Positions 25,180 through 38,028 of a stretch of DNA of 64,000 nucleotides are shown one piece after another. The stretch's first letter is position 1; every line of letters begins with the position of its first letter. Under the pieces are notes generated by a model that was given only the letters and a program-made list of their open reading frames with translations, ran no database searches and had not been told where the DNA came from. The DNA is from Eledone cirrhosa (lineage: Eukaryota). Where the stretch lies: assembly GCA_964016885.1 (NCBI GenBank), contig OZ024741.1, forward strand, positions 309,566,001 to 309,630,000, written 5' to 3'. Made by a program: the position numbers and the translations under genes.

Positions 25180-28100
25180 TAATGTCAGATTTAGGGTTAG
25201 TGTTAGGGTAAGTTTTACTGTTAATGGTAAGTTTATTGTTAGTGACTGTGTTACTGTTAGCATTACTGTCGCTGTTAGTGTTACTGTAACTGTTACTCTT
25301 ACAGTTACTGTTTGCGTTACTGTCTGCATCAGCGTTAGCATTTGCATAAGCGTCTATGTAAGCTTTTGTGTTAGTGTCTATGAAGACTGGTGTTAGCATC
25401 TGCGTTAGTGTTTGCGTAAGTCTCGGCATCTATGTCAGTATTTGCGTCAGCGTCTGCATTGGTGATAGTGATTGTGTCAGCATTTCCCTTAGCGTCTGAG
25501 TCAACATTAATGTTAGCATTAGTGTTTGTTTCAGTGCCTGTGTCTACGTCAGCTTCTGAGTCAGCATTATCATTAGCGTCCGCGTCAGCACTTGTGTCAG
25601 TGTCAGCATTTCCCTCAGTGTCAGCGTTTGCATCAGCGTGCACGTCAGCATTTGCATTAGTGTTTGAGTCAGTGTTAGCATCAGCGTTTGCATTTGTGTA
25701 GGGGTTAGCATTTGCGTCAGCATCTGCATCAGCATTCACATTAGCGACAGCGTTTCCTTTAACGTCTTTGTCTGCATTTCCGTTAGCGTCTGTGTCAGCG
25801 TCAGCGTCTGCGTCAGCATTTTCATTAGTGTTTGCATCAGTGTTTCCTTTAGCTTCTACGTCAATGTTTACGTCTGCGTTAAGGTTCACATTAGCATCGC
25901 TGTCATCGTTTGCTTTAACACTGCATCAACATTTGCGTCTGCGTTTGCATTAGTGTCTGCATTTGCTTTAGTGTTTGCATCAGCGTGAGCATTTGTGTCA
26001 GTGTCCACGTCAGCGTTAGAGTCTGTGTAGCATTTACATCAGCGTGTGCGTCAGAGTCTTTGTCAGCATTCGCCTTTACACCTGCCTCAGTATTCACGTT
26101 AGTGTTTGTGTCAGCGTAAGCGATTGTGTCAACATTTGCGCTCGCGTTTGTGCCAGCATAGCCATTTTCGTCAGTGTCAGCGTTGGCGTTAGTGTTTCCA
26201 TTAGTGTTCGTGTTAGTGTTTGATTTTGTATTAGTATTAGTGTTCAGGTTAATGTTGACTTAGTTTTCTGGTTAGTGTTAGTTTTCAGGTTAGGGCTCGT
26301 GTTACTTTTAGTGTTAGTGCTCAGGTTAGTGGTTTATGGTAGTGTTAGTTTTAGTGGTAGTGTTAGTGTTCAGGTTAATGTTCGTGTTAATGTCAGTTTT
26401 AGTGTTAGTGTTCAGGTTAGTGTTAGTGTTTACGGTAGTGTTAGTTTTAGTGTTAGTGTTGTGTTAGTGTTAGTGCTAGTCTTTGTTTTTCTGTGAATGT
26501 TAGTGTTTGTTTTAGTGTTGAGGTTAATGTTAGCTTAGTTTTCTGGTTAGTATCAGTTTTCGTGTTAGTTTTAGTGTTAAGGTTAGTGTTAGTGTTTTTT
26601 TTTGTGTTAGTTTTTATGGTAGTATTAGTGTTACTGTTAGTGCTCAGATCAGTGTTAGTGTTTGTGTTACTGTTTATGGTAGTGTTAGTTTTAGTGTAAG
26701 TGTTAATGTTAGTTTTAGTGTTAAGGTTAGTGTTAGAGATTGTGTTAGTGTTTGTTTTTGTGTTAGTATCTCTGTTAGCATTAGTGATTGATGTTTCCAT
26801 TAGTGTTAGTGATTGTGTTAGCGTTAGTCTTTGTTTTTGTGTTAATGTTAGCATTAGTATTTCTGTTAGTGTTAGCATGAGTGTTTGTGTTAGTGTTCAG
26901 GTTAATGTTAGCTTAGTTTTCAGGTTAGTGTTAGTGTTCAAGTTAATGTTAGTTTTACTGTTAGAGATTGTGTTAGTGTTTGTTTTTGTGGTAATATTTG
27001 TGTTAGTATCTCTGTTCGTGTTAGTTTTAGTGTAAGTGTTCAGGTTAGTGTTAGTGTTCAAGTTAATGTTAGTTTTAGTGTTAAGGTTAGTGTTAGAGAT
27101 TGTGTTAGTGTTAGTATTTGTTTTTGTGTTAATATTTGTGTTAGTATCTGTTAGCATTAGTGTTTGATGTTTCCATTTGTGTTAGCGTGAGTCTTTGTTT
27201 TTGTGTTAAGGTTAGCGTTAATGTTAGCATTAATATTTCTGTTAGTGTTAGCATTAGTGTTTATGTTAGTGTTCAGGTTAATGTTAGCTTAGTTTTCAGG
27301 TTAGAGTTAGTGTTCAAGTTAATGTTAGTTTTAGTGTTAGTGTTGAGGTTAGTGTTAGAGATTGTGTTCGTGTTTGTTTTTGTGTTAATATTTGTGTTAG
27401 CATTAGTGATTGATGTTTCCATTAGTGTTAGTGATTGTGTTAGCCTTAGTCTTTGTTTTTGTGTTAATGTTAGCATTAGTATTTCTGTTAGTGTTAGCAT
27501 GAGTGTTTGTGTTAGTGTTCAGGTTAATGTTAGTGTTCAAGTTAATGTTAGTTTTACTGTTAGAGATTGTGTTAGTGTCAGTATTTGTTTTTGTGTTAAT
27601 ATTTGTGTTAGTATCTCTGTTAGCATTAGTGTTTGATGTTTCCATTAGTGTTAGTGATTGTGTTAGCGTTAGTATTTGTTTTTGTGTTAAGGTTAGCGTT
27701 AATGTTAGCATTAGTATTTCTGTTAGTGTTAGCATTAGTGTTTATGTTAGTGTTCAGGTTAATGTTAGCTTAGTTTTCAGGTTAGAGTTAGTGTTCAAGT
27801 TAATGTTAGTTTTAGTGTTAGTGTTAGAGATTGTGTTAGTGTTTGTTTTTGTGTTAATATTTCTGTTAGTATCTCTGTTAGCGTTAGTGTTTGTTTTAGT
27901 GTTGAAGTTAATGTTAGCTTAGTTTTCTGGTTAGTATCAGTTTTCAGATTAGTGTTAGTGTTAGTGCTCAGGTCAGTGTTAGTGTTTATGGTAGTGTTAG
28001 TTTTAGTATAAGTGTTCAGGTTAGTGTTAGTGTTTATGGTAGTGTTAGTTTTAGTGCTGGTGTTCAGGTTAGTGTTAGTGTCAGTTTTAGTGTTAGTGTT

Positions 28101-28225
28101 AGTTTTCTATTTAATGTTAGTTTTCAAATTTTGTGTTTGTGTTAGTTTTCATGTTAGCGCTAAGTTAGAGCAAGTTAGAGCATGTTAGAGCATGTTAGAG
28201 CATGTGTGAGTGCAAGTGTTAGGGT
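25180..28225. repeat. Degenerate hexamer array (GTTAGT / GTCAGC variants) with longer internal duplications
   Basis: 6-bp periodicity throughout. GCGTCA-rich at 25400-26200 and GTGTTA-rich at 26200-28150. Blocks such as TTAGAGATTGTGTTAGTG and TGATGTTTCCATTAGTG recur. Confidence 0.9.
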
Positions 28226-28564
28226 AAGTTATTTTTAAAGTTTGGTTTTAGCTTAAAGTTAGGTTTTCTACTTTCCAGGAAAAAAGTTGATCCTCTCTAA
28301 CTTGAGTGGTGTGATATAGTGTGGTAAAGTATAGTGTTTCATAGTCTTGTGTGGTGTTGTCTATTGTTGTATAGTGTAGTATGGTATATTGTTTCATAGC
28401 ATGGTCTGATGTGAGGTCGTACAGTGTTTCGTAGTGTGGTGTTGGATAATGTGGTATGGTATAATGTTTGTCAGTGTGGTGTGGTATGGTATAGGTTGAT
28501 GTAGTGTGGCTTAGTTTGATTATAATAATACAAATAATAATAACAATAATAATAGTAATAATAA

Positions 28565-28767
28565 TTGTTCTTCTTGTTCATTTTCTTTGTCTTCTTCTGT
28601 GCCTTTGTTTTCTTCTGTGCCTTTAACTGCTTCTGTGACTTTGACTGCTTCTGTGCCTTTCACTGCTTCTGTGACTTTGACTGCTTCTGTGCCTTTCACT
28701 GCTTCTGTGACTTTGACTTCTTCTGTGCCTTTGACTTCTTCTGTGCCTTTATCTTCTCCTCTGCCAT
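28565..28767 (-). repeat. 18-bp coding-like tandem repeat (KGTEEV/KVTEAV) in an exon-like module
   Basis: Minus strand TTTTTGGTATTTAG|ATGGCAGAGG... One frame reads DGRGEDKGTEEVKGTEEVKVTEAVKGTEAV...KENEQEEQ without a stop. Confidence 0.55.
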
Positions 28768-29644
28768 CTAAATACCAAAAACAAAGAATGTAAAATATAT
28801 GTTGCCTATCTCTCAGACTTTACAAAGTGCTGAGGAGATAAAGTTAATTTAAAGAGCAGTGTGCTCATGCACTGTGATCCTATAATGTAGGTTATAAGCT
28901 ATTTCATAACTAAAAAACAATGTCAAACATCAACAAAAGTATATACAAATATCTTTGAATGTTTAAGTTAAACCTAAATAGATCGTATCTACAGGTCATT
29001 AGGTTAAGACTGAACTAAGATCATATCTATAAATCATTAGGTTTAGACTGAACTGAGATCATACTTTCTTCTTCTTTTCGTCATCTTCGTTTCCCATGTC
29101 TTCTTTGTCTTTGTTGTCATTTTCATTTTAGTCGTCTGCTCCGTCGTCTTTTTCTTCTTTTCCATCTAAATATAAAAAAAAAATTGTAAACAAATATATA
29201 GCTGATCTCTCAGACTTTCATGAAACACCGAGGAGATACAGTTAATATAACGAGTGGGGAGCTCATATATATATATATGGTATAGCATGGTGTTATGTGG
29301 TCTGGTGTGGTACAACATGGTGTGATGTGGTGTGGTATGATATGGTGAGGCGGGGGGGGGGGGACACAACGTTAGATTAATGTTAACAATACACATGTAG
29401 CATCCACATGTGATGAGAAGGGGGAAACAGTGTTTAACTAATTTTAACATTACATGTAGCATCCATCTACAGGTGATTAAGTTAAGACTGAGGTGTAATC
29501 ATATGAAAAGGTCAATTTAAAACTACACTGAGATTCTGCTTAAAATGATGGTCAATGAAGTGTTTACTTACTCAGATTCTTTGAAAGAACTTTCTTTCTC
29601 TTACTGTAACTGGTCATACCGACGAAATAGAAAACAGTCGAATA

Positions 29645-29965
29645 GACAGTGGTGTGGTGTAGTGTGGTTTAGTGTAGTGGACAGTGGTGTAGTGTAGTGT
29701 AGTGGACAGTGGTGTGGTGTAGTGGAGTGTGGTTCAATGTAGTGTGGGGGATATGTTGTAGTGGAGTGTGGTAGCATGTGATGTGATGTGGCGTGGTGAA
29801 ATGTGATGTGATGAAATGTGGCGTGGCGTGGTGAAATGTGATGAAATGTGGCGTGGCATGGTGAAATGAGGCGAGACGAGACAAGACGTGATGTGGTGTG
29901 GTGTGATATGGTGAGATATGGTGTGATGTGGTGAGATATTGTGTGGTGTGGTGTGATGTGATGTG
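29645..29965. repeat. Pentamer microsatellite (GTGTG/GTGAT/GTAGT variants)
   Basis: 5-bp periodicity visible directly. Similar arrays at 24895-25075, 28305-28520 and 30985-31320. Confidence 0.85.
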
Positions 29966-29979
29966 AAATTTTTTCATCC

Positions 29980-30970
29980 TATTTTTCATGTGCTATCAAC
30001 TAATCCAATCTCCAAGATGCTTGAAACTGACTTTTTCCCCCCAGGAAAACGGCGGGGTGAGGTGGTTCCCCCTTCACCCGGATAACCCCTGCTTACTCGG
30101 AATTTTCTCTTTGATTCTATTTTCATGCGTTATCAGTGAATATGACTTCCAAACCAGTCAAAAACAACTAGCTTTGGAGAAAGAGGAGAGGGAGAGGGGA
30201 AGAGTTTTGCAGATCTACACCCCACTCACATGTTGTGGGACTTAATCATTTTCGGTATATTTCCTGTGCTATTTCCTATGCTATTTCCTATGCTATTTCC
30301 TATGCTATTTCCTATGCTATTTCCTGTGCTATTATTTAATCTGACCTAGATGCTTCCAATCAACTTATTTCCCTGGGTTAGGTTTAGGGTTTAGTTTTAG
30401 GGTTGGGGTAATGTTTAAGGTCTAGTTTTCGGGTTGGGGTAAAGTTTAGGGTTTAGTTTTAAGTTCGGGATAAAGTTTAGGGTTTAGTTTTAGGGTTGGG
30501 ATAATGTTTAGGGTTTAGTTTTATGGTTGGGGTATAGTTTAGGGTTTAGTTTAAGGGTTGGGGTAATGTTTATATTTAGATTTAGCTTGGTTTGGTTTAG
30601 ATTTAGAGTTTAGGGTTGGGGCTAGATTTAATTTTATGTTTAATTTAGTTTTAGTTTCCAAATCCCAGAGAAAAAAAATTGATTCAGAGCAACTAAAAGG
30701 TCAGATTAGTTGATAGCACTCAAAAGGAGACCGAAGAAAAATCATTAGGGTATATATCTACAAAACGACAATGGTTTTTCCACCTGCTTTACCCCTCCTT
30801 TTTCCTAGAACAACTAATCATTTCCAACTGGTTTGGAGGTCATATTCGTTGATAACATGAGAAAACTCTGGGGTTAAATGAGAGAAGTGCATCCACCTAA
30901 GTTTTCCATGAAGAGAGAGTCAATAACAAACATCTTGGAGTTCGGATTAGTTGATAACACATGAAAAAAA
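29980..30970. mobile_element. Nested foldback element with a telomere-like G-rich centre
   Basis: Outer arms TTTTTCATGTGCTATCAACTAATCC..CTCCAAGATG and CATCTTGGAG..GGATTAGTTGATAACACATGAAAAA. Inner arms 30325-30378 and 30663-30719. The centre is a 31-bp unit GTTTAGGGTTTAGTTTTAGGGTTGGGGTAAT (~6 copies). A 12-bp repeat ATTTCCTATGCT lies at 30259-30332. Confidence 0.65.
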
Positions 30971-31649
30971 GATGAGGAAAATTTTTTTGGTGTTATGTGG
31001 TGTGGAGTAGTGTGATGTGTTTTTATGTGGTGTGATGTAGTGAGGTGTGGTGTGTTGTATTGTGGTGTTATTCGGTGTGGAGTAGTGTGTTGTGTTGTGG
31101 TGTGGTGTAATGTGGAGTGGAGTAGTGTGGTGTGTTGTGGAGCAGTGTTATGTGTTCTTATGTGGTGTGATGTAGTGAGGAGTGGTGTGTTTTTATGTTG
31201 AGTGGAGTAGTGAGGAATGGTGTGTTGTGTTGTGGTGTAGTGTTGTATGTTTTTATGGGGTGTGGTGAAGTGTGGTGTGATGTGGTGCGGTGCACTGCGA
31301 TGTGATGTGGTGCAGTGAGGTTCTTCATCTTTATCTTCTTCATCTTTGTATTCATCTTCTTTGTTTTGTCTTCCATCTAAACAAAAAAATATATAAAATA
31401 TATATGTAGCCAATCTCTCAGACTTTTACAAAGCTCCAGGGAGATAAATTTAATATAAGTGGTGTGTTCCTAAACAGAGATACTACAAAATAGCTTAAAA
31501 GCTATATATATATATACATATATATAAATAAATATACACGGGTGTGTATGATTGTGTATAGAAGATTATATTAATAAAACGAATTCAAACTTTGTCTGAT
31601 TTACTCGTTTTATTTACAATCCTTTAAAATTATAATGGTATTAGAATGA

Positions 31650-32722
31650 AATAGTATGGTAGAATATTAAGTGTTAAGTGTTAATTGAACAAGTAATTTC
31701 ATGCTTTCGCAATCTTCAGGTTCATATTCTGTGGTGACAGTCAAGTTTACAATTTTCAACTGTAATGAGATGGGTAAATTTTGTGCCTTATATACAGTGA
31801 AAAGCGGCTACAGAATGCTATATTTTGCAAACTGTATTTCGACCAATTGGTGTGTAGTTTCACTGGATTACTGAAGCTGATTGGTTTAGGCATCACGGTT
31901 GGTTGAGCATGTCTAACGACTTCAATTTGGCCCTATTCAAAGCATCAATTGTTTTTCTATTTTTAGAAATGATGAAAATAGCATTTTCTAGGGTTTTTAT
32001 ACCCCTAAGAATTATTATTGTTCATTTAGCTTGGGTTGGAATTTTGAAAAATATTCCCAAATGCAAATATGAACTGCAAAAGCAGAAATCTAATTTACTG
32101 CATTAAATGCCCGAATTGTGAAGAACTATATGTCGGTCAAACTGGAAATGCACTATCGGAACGTGCACGGGTGCACCGACAGCAAATCAGACCCAAATGT
32201 CCGTCAGATACCCCTGAGTAACCATCTAGCAACATGTGGTCAGAAAATATTTATAATATTTCCATTCTACAAATTACACAGGCCAAGTGAAATCAAGAGA
32301 AAAATCAAAGAAAAGAATTTTATTGATAAATTCCAACCCAAGCTAAATGAACAATAATAATGCTTAGGGGTATAAAAAGCCTAGAAAATGCTATTTACAT
32401 CATTTCTAAAAATAGCAAAACAATTGATGCTTTGGATAGAGCCAAATAGAAGTCGTTAGACATGCTCAACCAACCGTGATGCCTAAACCAGTCAGCTTCA
32501 GTAATCCAGTGAAACTACACACCAATTGGTCGAAATACAGTTTGCAAAATATAGCATTCTGTGGCCGCTTTTCACTGTATATAAGGCACAAAATTTACCC
32601 ATCTCATTACAGTTGAAAATTGCAAACTTGACTGTCACCACAGAATATGAACCTGAAGATTGCGAAAGCATGAAAGTACTTGTTCAATTAACATTTAACA
32701 CTTAATATTCTACCATACTATT
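31650..32722 (+). mobile_element. 5'-truncated Penelope-like element: GIY-YIG end flanked by inverted pseudo-LTRs
   Basis: ~395-bp arms at 31650-32044 and 32328-32722 are near-perfect reverse complements. The spacer encodes NMNCKSRNLIYCIKCPNCEELYVGQTGNALSERARVHRQQI / RQIPLSNHL...EKNFIDKFQPKLN*. Confidence 0.9.
32648..32686 (+). ncRNA. Minimal hammerhead-like ribozyme motif in the PLE repeat
   Basis: TGAAC-CTGAAGA-T-TGC(GAAA)GCA-T-GAAA-GTAC-TT-GTTCA: helix I TGAAC/GTTCA, CUGANGA and GAAA cores, short palindromic helix III. Mirror copy at ~31686-31724 (-). Confidence 0.55.
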
Positions 32723-32981
32723 CAGATTACATCTATATATATACACATACATATATATATATATATATACATACATACATACACACATATACATATATAC
32801 AAATACACGTATACATGCATATATATACACATATACATATATATACATGCATAGATATATACATATACAATATGTATAGGATTCCTTTCGATTTGAGCAC
32901 ATAATTTACAGGGAATAACGCGACTCTATGGCTCCGTTAATTTATCTTCATATGTATATATACATACACACACATATGCAT

Positions 32982-33030
<49 letters not shown>

Positions 33031-33141
33031 CACACACACATGCATACACACACATATATGCATACACACATATATATACATACACATATATATATACATA
33101 CACACACACATATATATAGATATACATACATATACATATAT

Positions 33142-33745
33142 ATGGTGGCTGCCAACTCGTTTTCGAGTACGGCCACTACTTTATATCCATGTAGGAGAAC
33201 TCCTACCGATGCGCTGAACGAGTGTGACTTTTTAGTCCAGACAGCGACTTGAAAACTCTGGCACAAACACTACACTTGTGACAAATATTGACACATAGTG
33301 CTGGGCCCATGATACCATGTGATGACAAGTGCAGAGAGATCTCCAGATATAAAAAAATGCCTGTGCCGTGATGCTTTTATAGTGAGCAAAGGCACTGCAC
33401 AAAGCCAGTCCCACTCTCTTAACCAAGATGATATTTACCAAAAAGAAGAACAAGTCAACATCATTGGATACCATCAGAGTTGCAGGTGTTATATCAGAGT
33501 TTTCCTTCTCCTAGAATTCTGCCTTGACAAAGGCTAAGGGGTCATCTCTCCCGGTGATTTTGGATGGCCATTGACTCTTAAGAGCTCCTTTGCCCTTTGA
33601 CAGGTTTTGTTTTTAGTCCTGCAGGATGTCCAAAGTCACCCTCCTCACCAAGAAACCTTGGTGGGGTTCCCAGTTTAGTCGCCAACGACCCGACCATGAG
33701 TCAGGTTGTACTGGGATACATGTTACCAGTAGCACCAACTGACAT
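33142..33745 (-). mobile_element. Short non-autonomous RTE derivative (second copy)
   Basis: Reverse homology to 3826-4375. The minus strand ends GGCCGTACTCGAAAACGAGTTGGCAGCCACCA followed by a microsatellite. Confidence 0.65.
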
Positions 33746-33767
33746 ACATATATATAGATTCATACAT

Positions 33768-33817
<50 letters not shown>

Positions 33818-34317
33818 GTGTGTGTGTATAAAGTACTTGACGATGAGCATTCTAGTTGTCAATAAACTGATTGAATAATACAAACGATGTTTTAATATAC
33901 AGATTCATTATTTGTGTATATATAATATATACAAAGCATATAAATAAATTTACAGTAGAATAACATAGCAAATATGTTTTAAATATATACATAAATAACA
34001 TTACCAATGCTTAAATAACATTATAAATTGCTCGCGATTCTTTCAGAAGGATATATTCCTTTAATGTTGCAATATTAAAGAAAATATACGTATATATATA
34101 CATATATATATTTATTCAACTAAGGAAAGTTGGTTGATTGAAAATCTGCCGACTCTTTCATAAGAGATGACAAACACTCAACAGTTTATGTTTATCCGGA
34201 GTTTTATTATAATAATTGTTTCTACTTTGGCACAAGGCCAGCAATTACCCAGTGTATTACTGGTACTTTATTTTATCGACCCCATAAGGATGAAAGTTAA
34301 AGTTAACCTCGGCGGGT

Positions 34318-34585
34318 TATAATAATAAACAAGAAAGACGGTATCATTTGCCCATCCCTATTTATTTTATTATGCGTATTTCATTTGTATAACATCTGCC
34401 CTACGTGTTCTCATATCAACGGATATCAACGAATATCTCATATCAACGGATATTTACATCTTGCATGGATTTTTGTCGGAACAAAACACGTAGGGCAGAT
34501 ATTATACAAATGACATATGTCTTCGAAATAAGTATAATAAAATAAATAGGGGTGAACAAGTAAGACCGTCTTTCTTCTTTATTAT

Positions 34586-34590
<5 letters not shown>
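34318..34590. mobile_element. Palindromic MITE
   Basis: ATAATAATAAACAAGAAAGACGGT / ACCGTCTTTCTTCTTTATTATTAT and TCATTTGTATAACATCTGCCCTACGTGTT / AACACGTAGGGCAGATATTATACAAATGA are inverted. Confidence 0.7.
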
Positions 34591-34671
<81 letters not shown>

Positions 34672-35968
34672 CGATATATTAACAAATGGAAACTATATTT
34701 ATAAAACCATATTTATTTCATTATACATATTTCAAGGACACCAAGTTAAATTATGGTGTGCTTTCATCAGATAAAATATAATATAGGCAGTTTTATAAAT
34801 AAATATTGACATACCCTTAAAGACTGCGACCATTACTGTTGGAAGCTCCCGGATAGTGGGGTTATAAATTTATTTATACTATTATGTTAATTAGTTTTGG
34901 ATATTTATAAATCAGAGTAGATTTAAATAAGCCGTTGGGTTATGGAGAAAGTGAGAGAGAGAGAGAAAAAAAAAGAGTGAGATATAAAAAAGAGAAAAAA
35001 GAGCAAACTCTAAGAAGAAAATAAGAAAAGGAGAGAGAGAAAAAGAAAAAGAAAAGAGAAAGCGAAAGCTCTAAGTGATAGGTTGTTGAATTATCTTAAC
35101 TTTTGAGATGACGTGAAAGAATAAATATTTAATGGATGAATAGAGAAGTGTAAATAAGCGTGAATGGAAAATACATACATAATAGGAGAATTTTACCCAT
35201 TGTTTAAATATGATTAAATGTTTAGTTTATCATTTAAATTATTTAGATCTATACATTAAAAATTGAGAATTATATATTATTAAGAAATCTATATATTATT
35301 AAGACTATATATTATTAAAAGAATATATTCATATATATACATACGCACACACAGATATATATAAATATATATACATACACCTACATATATACACATATAC
35401 ATACAAAGTATAAAGGATTTTTTAATTTAAGATATAGGAATTTTCATAAACTTATAGATATTTCTGAGAAAATCTTAGAAAAAACAGAGAAAATCATTTC
35501 TATGTAATATCAAAACAGCGTGAAGGAAATTACGTTATTTAGTTATATAAATGTTACAAATGTTAAGATAGTAAAGGAAATTTTAGGTTATACACACTTT
35601 ATGTTATTATACAAATTTTTTTAAATATAAGTTTTATATCTAATAAATCCACCTGTTATGTAGTTGTGACTTAATATAGGTTTGTTTATCACGAACCTTA
35701 AGAAAATCCTTATAAACGAGTGCAATCAAATTGTATGCATATATATATATACACACAATCCCCACATAGATACACATAGACGTACTTACACATATAGGTA
35801 GATATGCATCACACACATATATATACATACATACACACACATATATATACATACACACACATATATATATACATACACACACATATATATATACATACAC
35901 ACACACATATATATATACATACACACACACATATATATATACATACACACACACATATATATATACAT

Positions 35969-36061
<93 letters not shown>

Positions 36062-36542
36062 GAGAGAGAGATATAAATACAGTACATAGTATGATTGAAG
36101 TACATAATATATATGAAATGAAATGAAATGAAATGAAATGAAATTTAAAAAAATAAAAAAAATAAAATTAAAATAAAAAAGAATTATATTACGATTTGGA
36201 AATATAATTATAAGCAATATAACTTTAAATCAATATAATTTTTAAAATATTATAGAATATTTCAAGTTATAATTTTAAAATAATATGTTTAATAGATTCA
36301 GTATAAAAATTTTCTTCGTATGTTTAACTTAATTTTATAGCCATAAGAGAAAGAAAGAAACTTTCAAATAAAATATTTTCCCCCTTTAAGAGCTTTCAGT
36401 ATGTTTCTCTAGAAGAGTTTTTTTATTTTTATTTATATTTAGGAAGAACATTTTTTTAACTTTAGAGTTTAAGCAGTCAAATGAAGGAATCTAATGATTT
36501 ATCGATAGGTTCAATATATTAATAGAATTAATTAATTATATA

Positions 36543-37713
36543 TTACATTTTAAATTTATATTTAAACGTTGAGTTCAATCTATGTCTGCAGCAACTGAAT
36601 AAATTATTCCTTAGGTTCAGGGAATTTTTGGTCTTTAATATAAAGAATATTTCCTCTATACAAAGATCACAATTTTCTGAAGAGGAGTTAAAAGGAGTAG
36701 CTTTTGAAATAATATTCCAAAGCAACGAATATTTAACGTTCTTTAATTTGAGGTCCCATAATAAGCTAGATAGAGAAGTTGAAGATTTTTTTGTTTGGAT
36801 GTGTAAAGGAGTTTTTATGATTATTGAAACGCGATTTAAAATCTGTGGAAGTCGATCCTACATAATTAAATGAATTTAAATTAGCTTTTACATTACAATT
36901 ATATACTATATTTTTAGCTAAGCAATTGTTATTTGACGGACAGTTAGATTTATTTCTACAGTTACATTTATCAAATTGGATATTGCTTGGGTTATTAGTG
37001 GTATTTTGGTTAGGTTTTAAATTTCTATTATTAATTCTATTAATATTTTGCGCTAAATTTTTGGTGGATGAATAAGTTAATTTTATAGTATGTCTATTAA
37101 AAATTGAGTAATATGTGTTCTAGGGAAGCATTTGTCAAGAGCTTTAAAGAATAGTTTAGCAATAGGGGTTTTAATATTTAATGAGAAAGGAGGAACGAAC
37201 CATAATATATTCCTAGTTTTATTTCTTTTTTTGTTTTCCGAATTATTGTAAGGTTTTCTATTATAGTTGTTAAAATTGTTAAGATTATGGTTAGTTGTTA
37301 TATTATTATTATTATCAATGTATTTAATTTTATTTCTATACCCAGCTCTACCTAACGCTTCGTTGTAATAATGTGCTTTGTCATCAAATATATTCTTATT
37401 AGCTGAAATTCTAGAAATGCGTTGCTGTACAGAATTCACTATAGTATTTTTAATATAGTATTTTTAACGTGATTAGAGTTAAAATTAACGTAGTTTAAGT
37501 TCTCGTTTAGTTTGTGAAATGGATAATGAAGACATGTGTTAAGGTTTAATGTTACAACTAGAAAGTTAACTATTTTATGGTTATTCTCTATTTCTACTTT
37601 TAGATTAAGGTAATTAAAAAATTGTATAATTTCTTTTCTTTTCCTATTTAATTCACAGTTATTATTTTCGATAAGTAAAAGCATGTCGTCGCGATATAAA
37701 CCTCCGGTCATCT
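36543..37713 (-). mobile_element. Degraded Penelope-like element (RT C-terminus + GIY-YIG)
   Basis: GLYRDD..VNFLVVTLNL..YVNFNSNH, RISRISANKNIF, RNILWFVPPFS, CNCRNKSNCP, IVY..YVGST, CDLCIEE..CRHR, in frameshifted pieces. Confidence 0.85.
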
Positions 37714-37769
<56 letters not shown>

Positions 37770-38028
37770 GTTGAAACGGTAACACACTAGAGAGAGATAT
37801 ACAGTGTGCTATCAATAAAACAGGGAAAAAACCACCAGTGTATGGAATCTATAACCTATGAAAGGCAGACTATAGACACGATAATTAAAAATATAAATTA
37901 AAGCGTAAATAAATACCTCTATAACTATATAACGCACGTACAAATCCAAAGAGATCTGTTTCGCCAGTAAGTTGTTGCCAGAAATGGAATAACCCCGGTT
38001 CCTGGGCGTGTAAAAGACAACATTAAGA

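Noticed and set aside
26275-27922. VLVLV / TNTNT ORFs
   Set aside because: Frames of the (GTTAGT)n array, with frequent frameshifts.
30378-30625. True telomere
   Set aside because: A degenerate 31-bp unit of only ~250 bp, internal and inside inverted arms.
30874-31413. 179-aa His/Thr-rich ORF
   Set aside because: Mostly the reverse of a pentamer microsatellite; only the short acidic part is exon-like.
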